Shown here: piece after piece, positions 54,375 to 64,000 of the stretch | Layout: every line of letters begins with the position of its first letter | Numbering within the stretch: position 1 is the stretch's first letter | Assembly (NCBI GenBank): GCA_951406725.2 | Contig: OX597815.1 | Coordinates: 109,988,001-110,052,000, forward strand | Origin: Octopus vulgaris | Lineage: Eukaryota | Direction: 5' to 3' | DNA: 64,000 bases | Made by a program: the position numbers and the translations under genes | Notes under the pieces: model-generated | Told to the model about the DNA's origin: nothing | Seen by the model: only the letters and a program-made list of their open reading frames with translations | The model's database searches: none

Positions 54375-57270
54375 TGTAATCCAGGAAGAGCCAGGCTAGA
54401 TAAGGTGTGTGGGGGGGGCGTACTCCATTGCAACGCGATGCTGCATTCACCATTTGTCGGTATATTCCTGTTCAGCAGAGGCCCTTCCAGCCCCCATGTC
54501 TGCGAGGTATATCTCTATATGCCGTGACCTTATGGCATATGGTCGACCAATACGTGTCGTCAAACCAGCCGCATCGTCAGTGAAGACAACACGGCAAGCA
54601 GGACATTACTCGGAAAATCAAGTTACATTGTCAAACAATTTGAGCTGGCACTCTAGAATCATACAAATAACAGGACACACCATAGTTTCTGAGTAGAGTC
54701 GTTGGTTTGATACAAAATCCGACCAATGATAACCCATAATCCTGCGAAGCTTCCTAGAACCAAAGGTGCTCAGGCAGCTCCTAAGGACCTCGGAGAACGT
54801 CCAAATCTTTCAGGCAGGAGAAGAAACCTAAACATCCGAACATGTGACCTCTTGCACAGATATCGTCAGGACTAAATATCCTTGTCCACTGAGTCCACAA
54901 CAGCACCAGCTCGTGCAAATCCTTTTATGATTTCAGATACGTAACATGCCATTTTGAATCTCACTGGCGAAATGAGTGAAGTATTCAACAACTTTAACAT
55001 TCTCACCCGCAAAAGAGACAGACAAGTTGGAGTTCTCCAAGAAGCCAATGAAGGAGAGGATCTTTGTCTTGACCCAACTGACTCTCAGGCCAAGTGGTTC
55101 CGTTACCTCACTCAGGGAAAAGAGAGAGCTCATTAAGACATTAAAAGACTCAAGTAGAATAACTGCGTTATGAGCAAAGTCTCGGTCTGTAATTCTAATT
55201 TCACAAATGAGTGCACCATAACTCGGTTGAGCCGCTATTCGGCCAAATATCCAATCCATTCAGGTATTGAACAGGGTGGGATCTCTTGACGGACCTCGAA
55301 TCTAAATAGGAAAAGTCAGATGTTGGGCCTCTAATCCGAACTGCACTAATCAGAATCAGCCCAATCAGAATCCTCCAAAGCACTTTTTCTCCATCAAGTC
55401 AAAAACCTTTCGAAGGCCAGCATAGGCTGCAAGTAGCCCCTTCTGAAAGCTTCGCTTGCATTCAATGAGTAGACGAAGAGCCAGGAAGCTGTCAGTCGCT
55501 GACCTCTTTGGCGTGAACACTGACTGCTCCAGCCGCTGAGACGCAAGCAGGTGATTTCGCTCTCTATTTAGAGCAATCTTGGAAAAAACCTTACTGGGCA
55601 CTGAGAGGAGTATAAAAGCCCGATAATTGTTGCAGTTGTAGAGGTCACCTTTAGCTTTCCAGAGTGCGATAATTACACGCATCATCCAGTCAGGTGGCAC
55701 GATACCGCTGCTTCAGATTGGGCAGGTTATGTGCTGCATTAACAATCCTGCAGCAAGCATACCTTTCTTGATCATCTCCCCATGGATGTCACATGCACTG
55801 ACTGCCTTATTGCCCTTTAGCTGAATTACCGCCGTATGAACCTGGCCTTCAGACGGCAGATCACAGATGACTGGATGGTCGGTCACCAGAACGGAAGGCA
55901 TCATAATATTCAGACTAGTACGAGGTGGTTCCACCTTATACAACAGTTCAAAGTAATAATGCCCAGCAAACTACTTCCTTGGTCTACTGCATTAGAAGTG
56001 TGCCCTCAGAGTCTAAGACTCCATAATACCAGACTTCCTTCCAGATTTCAAGGACTGGCTTTTCCTTGTCACACTACAGAGCTTTGACAACCCCACACTT
56101 CAACCCCAAAGCAAATCATCAGGTACCACCCAGTCTCGTCCAGTGGCTACGTTCCACCAGTGAGATTCATAGTGGCATAATGTTACGAGTCTGAAATCCT
56201 AAAAAGATTTGCACGAGCTGGTGCAGTTGTGAACTCAGTGGATAAGGATATTAATTGCTGATGATATCTGTGCAAAATGTCACATGTTTGTGTCTTTAGG
56301 TTTCTTCTCCTGCCTGCAAGATTTGGACACTTTCCGAAGCCCACCAAGAAAATGTTTCCTGGCGCAGATTTTGGAAACCAATACATTCATTAGCAATTGA
56401 CAGCAAGGTGTTCTTGTAAGTCTCCTACATTCCCGCAAAACAGAGGAGGATTCAGTCCCAGGTAGCACATATCCAAGTTACAATGAATAAGTCTTCTTTA
56501 CAATGTTTTCTTTGAGCCTGTCAACATCCAGTCTGGAACTGGATGCTTTTCAGTTTCTTAGAATTCAGTCTCAAAATGTTAGAATTCAGCCAGAAAATGT
56601 CTATGGTCGGCACCCAACAAACTGTTATCCACAAAAGCCCTGCAGAGCTAAATGAGTGTAGAGCAGACATCTGCATGTACGTAATCGATCTCCTTTGCTA
56701 TACGACCAATATTAGAATACTTAGTCCAGCGATGCAGCTCAGGAGGTGGGTACCAGGACCTAGCAATAGGAAGTCCATGGCTTTTGACAAAGTGCAGGAG
56801 CGTCACACCAATTTCGTTCCTAGCATCGCACCCAAAAGTACCGACATCGCTCTCATACCCCGTTCTGACGACGAAGGCAGTGTTCTGCTGGAGATATTCT
56901 CCACAACAAAGCACTACTCGGTGTAGACTATCTTCCGCACCAACCTGTCACTCATGCATTCGGATTATGCGTTGCAAGTCTGGAAATATTACCCAAATAC
57001 TGTCAAATCTTTAGGCACATAATACGCTTATTGATGTGTGTTAATAACATTGGGACCAGCCAGTCGGTTACCGCACCTGCTACATCACTGGCATGCCAAC
57101 CATCAGAGCACCCAGACTAATAGAAGGTTGAGACATCACTTCTCCTTGGCCGATGCACCTCTGATAGGGCCACCACAGCAACATGCAAAAGGCTGAGTTC
57201 CAAAGTTTCCTTTTATCACACGCAGAGGAGACTTTGGATTCATTCCTTGATATGCCGGTCCCCACACTTC
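54375..57270 (-). mobile_element. RTE-clade LINE (AP endonuclease plus RT), heavily decayed
   Basis: APE part RNEIG..LL.FVKSHGL.IA.SWY...HRWT.YSN...KEIDY; RT part PPDW...LWKAKGD..NCNNYR...LLSVPSKVF, FTPKRS..D, DRDFAHNAV (degenerate FADD); many stops and frameshifts. Confidence 0.9.
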
Positions 57271-57487
57271 ATAGGATCAGTAAACGACACCAAAATACCA
57301 CTAGTAGAGAAGAGAAAGAGACGTCAGTAAAACACCTAGAAGTGAAAACTATTTTGTGAAATTCACACCGAAACCCTCACCCCCATTAACATCTGCTATC
57401 CGAAATGGTATCACTATAGTATCAAATGCTAAGGTATGATGTCATGGTCAACATATTCGATCAGTTCGGTGGAAGGAAGAGCTTAAA

Positions 57488-57525
<38 letters not shown>

Positions 57526-57526
57526 G

Positions 57527-57599
<73 letters not shown>

Positions 57600-58420
57600 G
57601 TTACACTGATGCAGAGAGCATGTTCCCTCATGATATGAGAGAATACTTGTTGAATGTTTCTTTCTAAATTTCTGACATGTATGCAGAACAGAATTGAAAT
57701 AATGACTTGAGATCAAGAGAAAGTAAGTAAGTACGCTCAATAGTGGAAATTAGTTGCTCAGTTAAAGATAAAGGAAAAATAAAAGACTGAGAAAGCATGC
57801 AGATAATTTGCCTGGATTGTGGCTTCAAATTTATGCGTGGGATTATTAGGACACATGTTAGTCTATCTAAATACTCATGTTTCATTCTTAAGTAGCCAGG
57901 TTGAACAAAACAAGAAATAACACGGCTAATTAAGAAATGGCAAGTACTAGCCAGCAATTAATTGTGAATATATTATAAAATAATCTTTGAGTTTAAACTG
58001 CACATATACACAAAAAAGACAAAAGAACATAGATATTTACACAGACTTAAATTAAAATATTTAGATCAGCTCATGCAATGACAGGCATCATACATATGCA
58101 TCATGAAGTCATGTATACATACCTACATACACACACACATACATACATACATACATACATACATACATACATACATACATTCATACATACATTCATACAT
58201 ATACAAGAGTATATAAATTCCATCTCTCCTGTATACACTATAATCAACGAATAGCCAGGCAATTATAATTACAGATTTAATATTAATTTAAGGACTGGAT
58301 CAATTATATTTCCAAAGTCTCTTAAGCTCCGAATATTTCTCAGTGCATGTGTGTGTGTATGTGTGTGTGTGCGTGCGTGCGCAAGCGCGTGTCTATTTGT
58401 GTGCATTTGCGTGTATGCAA

Positions 58421-58494
<74 letters not shown>

Positions 58495-58879
58495 CATTGC
58501 ACATAAACAGTGATGATATGCATTTTTAAATAGATACAAACTCGTATAGAAAAAGAAACAAAGAAAGAATCAAACATATCCAACACAAAATGTACGAAAA
58601 CATTTACACTGACGAAGTCGTATACTGCAACTCTTGCTATAGTTGCCAGATATATTAGCATCATATATATAAGTATGTGGATAAACACGCAAATACATAC
58701 ATGCACGCACGTGTGCGCACACGCATGCAAGCGCGCACTCATTATGTATATTTTTTTTAACATGCTGCATTAATGACACAAACCTGTGGTCCAAGTTAAT
58801 CTTTTTATTAAAGACTTTTCGTATTTTCATCTAATAATATATTTACTTGTTATTATTTGTTTGTGATATAGACATATAT

Positions 58880-59535
58880 TAAAGTGTATAATTGCATCCA
58901 CGTGCCACACATTTTTTTATTCTAGAATGGTGCTGCATCATGGTGTTTGGAGTGATCACTAGTGATGGCGAGGTTTTACCTACATTCATCTTCCCACACG
59001 GCTTCACACTCATCTTGGAGGCCAACATCAGGTGTCTAGAGGAGTTAGTGGTGCCCTGAGATAAGTGAGTGGCTGCTGGATGACTCTGTCTCGCAACAGA
59101 ACTCTGTACAATGTCACACATGTCAGACAATTTCTGCTGTCAGACAAGTTCATGGCTGTCACACAGTTTCTGCGACCACATCACGTCTAACATCTGGCCA
59201 CCTAACATCTCAGACTACAACATCCTTGATTATTATGAGTGGAGCGTAGCTGAGCGAGAGACCATCAAAGCTCCTTGTAACACCGATGATGAACTGAAGG
59301 CAAGGTTTATGGCAGCATCTACCAACTTAAGGAGTCTGTCCAGAATAGTTGCAAGAGATTCCGAAGTCGTTTGCAGGCCGTGTTTGAAGCCAATGGCGAT
59401 TGTATTGAATAAATTTACTCTTCAGTATTTCAAGATATTTTTATGTAATTTTGGTAAATATATCTGTTTAAATGAAATGTCAGTGTTATTTTCATTTTTG
59501 CGAAATTTAGACGGCAATGTATTCACGGCTCCCTG
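58880..59535 (+). mobile_element. Tc1/mariner superfamily (DD37D maT-like) transposase relic, 3' half
   Basis: MVFGVITSDG..LP.FIF and IWPPNISDYNILDYY.W resemble WPPNSPDLNPLDY; terminus ...GCTCCCTG followed by TA. Confidence 0.8.
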
Positions 59536-59699
59536 TATATATATATATAGTGAGAATTTACAAAACAAACAAACAAACAGAGGAGTCACACAGGAGAGCT
59601 AGGAAGAAAGGGAGATAATAAAGTAGTGGTGATCCCAAAAGGAAGATGCGCGTGCGTATGTATGTGAGAGCGTGTATGTGCGTGTGGAAGGGGGCTGGT

Positions 59700-59949
59700 G
59701 ATATTGACGTGTGCGTATATGCATGTGTAGCTGTGTGGATGATGGTGTAGGTGCTAGTGTGTGCGCTGGTGTGGTACTGAGATGTGGTCAGTGTTAGTGT
59801 GTGCGGGGTGGTGTGATGTGGTGTGATATGGACGTGTGCGTATATGCATGTGTAGTTGTGTGGATGATGGTGTAGGTGCTAGTGTGTGCGCTGGTGTGGT
59901 ACTGGGAAGTGGTCAGTGTTAGTGTGTGCGGGGTGGTGTGATATGGTGT
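59700..59949. repeat. Tandem duplication of about 125 bp in the PLE 3' region
   Basis: GATAT(T/G)GACGTGTGCGTATATGCATGTGTAG...GTGTGCGGGGTGGTGTGAT twice (59700 and 59825). Confidence 0.9.
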
Positions 59950-60040
59950 GGTATGGTGGTGTGTGGTGTGGTGGTGTGGTGGTGTGGTGTGGTGGTGTGT
60001 GGTGTGGTGATGTTGGGGTGTAGGGGAGGCAAGTGTGGGA

Positions 60041-60715
60041 TCAAAGGGATGAGGTGGGGATTAGATGGAATGTATAGGGATGATGGGGATGGAATGTGTA
60101 GGGGTGAGTTAACGAGGGAGGGTGACGATGAAAGGAGATGGTGGAAGGAAGAAGGTGGGTAGGAGTGAAGTGGGGAAGTAGGTGCCAGAGCAAGAGAAGA
60201 GAGGTGGGTGGGTGGAAGTAGGTGTGAGAGGAAGAGAGGAGAGAGGAGAGAGGACGAGGGTTAAATGAAGAGGGGGAAGTGAGTTGCCTATGTGGCGCAA
60301 AGGAGCGAAGAGAGAAGATTAATCCCTGCTCACGGCGAAGATGGGAGTCCGGATAGCCTCTGTGCAAGGACAATCCGAACACAGATAAGTGTTGTAAAGA
60401 GTGACCGGTAGAGCGGAAATGGCGCGAGACCGGGGTGTCGTTGCCGAGTCGGATGTCTCGGAGGTGTTCCGCTAATTGGTCAGCCAAGCGGCGTCCCGTT
60501 TGACCGATGTATAGAGAAGGACAGAGAGAACAGGAGATGCAGTAGATGATGCTACTAGAAGTGCAGGTTAAAGAGTCAATGATATGATAGGGTCGATGAT
60601 GGGTGCCTGTGAGGGAGGTGGTGTTTGAGAGGTAAGGGCAAATGCGGCATCGTGGGCGGGAGAAGGGAAAGGAGCCGGGTTGGGAGGTTGGGCTAGGGAA
60701 GAACCTGTGGACCAA
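60041..60715 (-). pseudogene. GIY-YIG endonuclease portion of the Neptune-type PLE
   Basis: IIYCISC...LYIGQTGRRLADQLAEHLRDIR...REQGLIFSL in the ORF track. Confidence 0.85.
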
Positions 60716-62834
60716 GACGTCCCACAGATTGTGGGCTCGTTTTGCAGGAGGAGAGGGGTCGGTTAAGGAAGATGTGCGAAGTGGAGGGGTCGAACTGGAG
60801 TCACCAGAATGCTCGGAGAATGGTGCGTTGGAGAGGTAGAATGGTGGGGTGGTAGGTGAGCAGATTCACGGTCCAAGGAACGTGCTCTGGCAAGGGCGGT
60901 GTGGATATTGGTGAGAGGATATCCACGTAGGATGAAGTGGCGAGCCATGAGTTGAGACTGAGTCTCAAAGTCTTGGTTGTCACTGCAGAGCCAGCGTAGA
61001 TGGAGGAATTGGGAATAGAGGATGGAGAGCTTGGTGTGTTTAGGGTGGGAGGAGAAGTTGAGGTATGAGTGTGAGTTTGTAAGATTGTAGTGGATGGAGG
61101 TGGTGAGAGTGGAATGATGTATGCTGACCGAAATATTGAGAAAGGCGACTAAGGTGTCGGGAATAGTGCAGTAGAGGTAGAGAGCAGGATGGAAAAATTC
61201 AACAAAAGAGAAGAAGCAGTCTACTAGATGTTCACAGGAGAAAAGGTCGCACCGATACAGTCGTCAATATAACGACCGTATAGTTCAGGAGTGGCACCAG
61301 TTAAACTGGAAATATTTGGGCCTCAATGTAGCCAACGAACAGGTTCGCATAGTTGGGGTCTATTCTCGTTCCCATGGTCACTCCCTAGATTTGCTGGTAA
61401 TAATCACCAGCGAACGAGAAGTAGTTAAGTGAGAGGACAAGTTCAGCCAGACGAAGGAGTGTGGATGTGTCAGGTTGGGGGTTGCGTCGAAGGTCAAGGA
61501 AATGTTGGAGTGCACGCAGCCCCTCGTGGTGAGGCATCACATTGTATAGACACTTGATGTCAAGAGTGAAGAGAAGTTTAGAAGGGCCAGGAAGGGAGGA
61601 GAAAGAGTTGAACAAACGAAGAGCATGGTTGGTATCATGGATATGAGAGGGGAGGAAAGCTACTAGGGTGGGGCAAGGACACAGTCAAGATATCTAGAGA
61701 TGAGTTCGGTGGAGCAGCTGCAGGCGGAGACGATAGGGCGGTCAGAGTTGTCAGGTTTGTGGATTTTGGGGAAGAAGTAAATTGTGTGAGTGTGAGGGGT
61801 GCAGAAAATGAGGTTAGAGACGGTGGGGAACACGGGAGGAGGGGATGAGGTCATGGATAGTGGAGGACACAGTCTATTGGTAGCTGGGCGCGGGGTTGGA
61901 GGTCAGAGGGCTGTAGCGGGAGATATCTTGAAGTTGGCGCAGAGCTTCCGCCTTGTAGAGGTCTGCGCGCAACACCACCCCAGCTCCACCCTTGTCGGCC
62001 GGTTTTATGATGATGTCCTTGCGGCGTCGGAGACAAGGGCCGAAATTTCGGCTGGAGAGATGTTCAGATGTCGGAGACGCTTGGAAAATTCTAACCGGTC
62101 CACAGCACGCTGGCAGGCGTCCACAAAAAGATCGACTGCTTGGAACTGGCTTTAAGCTTATAAGATACCATAATTATTATTTAGAGGACTGTAAAAATCT
62201 AGCTGCCTAACAAAAATCATTGCAGTAAAAGCACATGAAAGTCTGTTTACAAAACAGCACTACGAAGTAATCATAGTTCTTAAATCTGACGGAACGAATC
62301 AGGTTTTGCGTTAGTATAATGGTAGACATCTTATCGCAAAATCAAAGGGGTGTGGTTTCGAGTCCCACACGTATGGAAAAACATATTTTGTTTTCCGTCG
62401 AGGGCTTATATGCCTCATTATTAAACTATTTTCTTTAGTCATTGCGCGGCGATCTCTTATAAGCATTAAGCTTATAAAATACTTTTAATATATATATATA
62501 TAAAATATAATTACCCGGATGAATATATCTTCGTCCTTTAATAGGAATTTTTTCCATAGATTTCTCATGCCTTTTCATCATATGTTATTTACAAGTTTTA
62601 AAATCGTAGGGGTATGAATGTATGTAAACAAATAAACAATATAAGTCTTAATTTATTAAACAAAGTTCAATAAATTTCATCAAATAAATGAAATGAAGGA
62701 GATTAGATGTTAAAATGGATTATCCTTTTATTCCATAATCCTAGACAAAACGGAGCAAGATTTCCATTGAAAGAACATCACGAAGGTCGAGTTTGTACTC
62801 TTCAGGCGGTGAGATTTAAAGGAAAATAAACTAA

Positions 62835-63041
62835 AAGGCCCAAGCTGTGAAACACACAGACTTATCAACTTTATCGATATCATCCTAAAATCAATACTGA
62901 AACACATTCCAAGTATTGTAAGAGATGACCTGGACCTATTAAATCATCTCCCCAAACCGATAAAGACACTTTAATCGTCTCCTTTGATGTAATAAACCTT
63001 TACACTACGATCCCACATGAATATGGACTGGAAGCCATTAA
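62835..63041 (+). mobile_element. Third PLE reverse-transcriptase fragment
   Basis: Manual translation GPSCETHRLINFIDIILK...IPSIVRDDLDLLNHLP / LIVSFDVINLYTTIPHEYGLEAI. Confidence 0.8.
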
Positions 63042-63865
63042 CACATATACACACGCAGCACCATGCCAAATGCCAATCATACACACACACACACACAACA
63101 CCAAGACAATCACACACACGATTGACAAACAGGCACACATATACACACACCATCCTACCAAATTTCTAAAAAAACACACATATATTTACACCACAATGGA
63201 CCCTGGGACCATTCAAAAACAGCCCCCACACACAAACACATGTATGCATATATATACACACACAAAGACACATACACTCACACCATATATACGCACACAC
63301 ACAAACACATACTCAATACCTACACACAAAACGCATATACATACACGCCACAAAGATACACCCAACAGACATGGACACATATACGAACAAACACATACAC
63401 ACTAACGCACACGCAACACACTAACAAACATTAAATACACACATACACACACACACAAACGGGCACACATATACACACACCATCCTACAAAATTTTAAAA
63501 AAACACACATATATTTACACCACAATGGACCCTGGAACCAATCAAAAACAGCCCCACACACACACAAACACATGTACACATATATATACACACACACAAA
63601 GACACACACACTCACACCATTCTGACCTCCATACAGACACACATATACACACGCAGCACCATGCCAAATGCCAATCGCACACACATACACACACAACACC
63701 AAGACAATCACACACACGGTTGGCAAACGGGCACACATATACACACACCATCCTACTAGATTTTACAAACATACAGGCACATCTATTCACACCACGTATG
63801 TATACACACACATACACACACACACACACAAAGACACACACACTCAAACAATCCTGACCTCTAAA
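63042..63865. repeat. CA-rich mosaic repeat with duplicated modules
   Basis: GCAGCACCATGCCAAATGCCAATC...CACCAAGACAATC at about 63054 and 63653; CACCACAATGGACCCTGG..CAAAAACAGCCCC at about 63189 and 63517. Confidence 0.85.
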
Positions 63866-64000
63866 GCCAATCCCCCAAATCATTGATGCTTGAAGGAGAG
63901 ACAAAAAGGAGAAATTCTTTTCAGTTCCACATTACTCTTCTTTTGCCCCACCCAAACACACCTACAGTGTCCCTTGAAATAGATAATATTCTTTTACGTT

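Larger units (their letters stand above)
59549..62150 (-). mobile_element. Penelope-like retroelement (Neptune-type), 5'-truncated and frameshifted
   Basis: FPKIHKPDNSDRPIVS; LFTLDIKCLYNVMPH; RYIDD (about 61260-61280); Cys linker CRICPYL; GIY-YIG IIYCISCSLCPSLYIGQTGRRL...AEH; 3' end abuts (TA)n. Confidence 0.9.

Noticed and set aside
54375-57270. Potentially active RTE LINE
   Set aside because: Multiple stops and frameshifts and a degenerate catalytic motif show this copy is dead

Overview
AT-rich, microsatellite-saturated animal DNA. The repeat landscape (tRNA-derived SINE families with ATT tails, CA/TA/TACA arrays) looks like an octopus/coleoid cephalopod genome; this is an inference from recognised repeat types. 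No host protein-coding exon or genuine RNA gene could be supported, and nearly all ORFs in the track are microsatellite artefacts or decayed transposons. Retroelements: two long decayed Penelope-like elements (PLEs; 7080-9930 and 59549-62150, both minus strand), a third PLE RT fragment, an R4/Dong-type LINE, an RTE-type LINE and four SINE families. DNA elements: three Tc1/mariner relics, a hAT MITE, a probable Helentron-associated insert, and two oppositely oriented copies of a GG-terminated, 8-bp-TSD MITE carrying internal telomeric TTAGGG repeats. The most notable non-coding signal is a set of minimal type I hammerhead-ribozyme (HHR) motifs in PLE terminal-repeat fragments, several arranged as fold-back palindromes. 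The best case is a perfect 71-bp-arm palindrome at 20958-21115 with an HHR on each strand. The 7-10 kb PLE terminal repeat also combines a tRNA-like Pol III promoter with an HHR.
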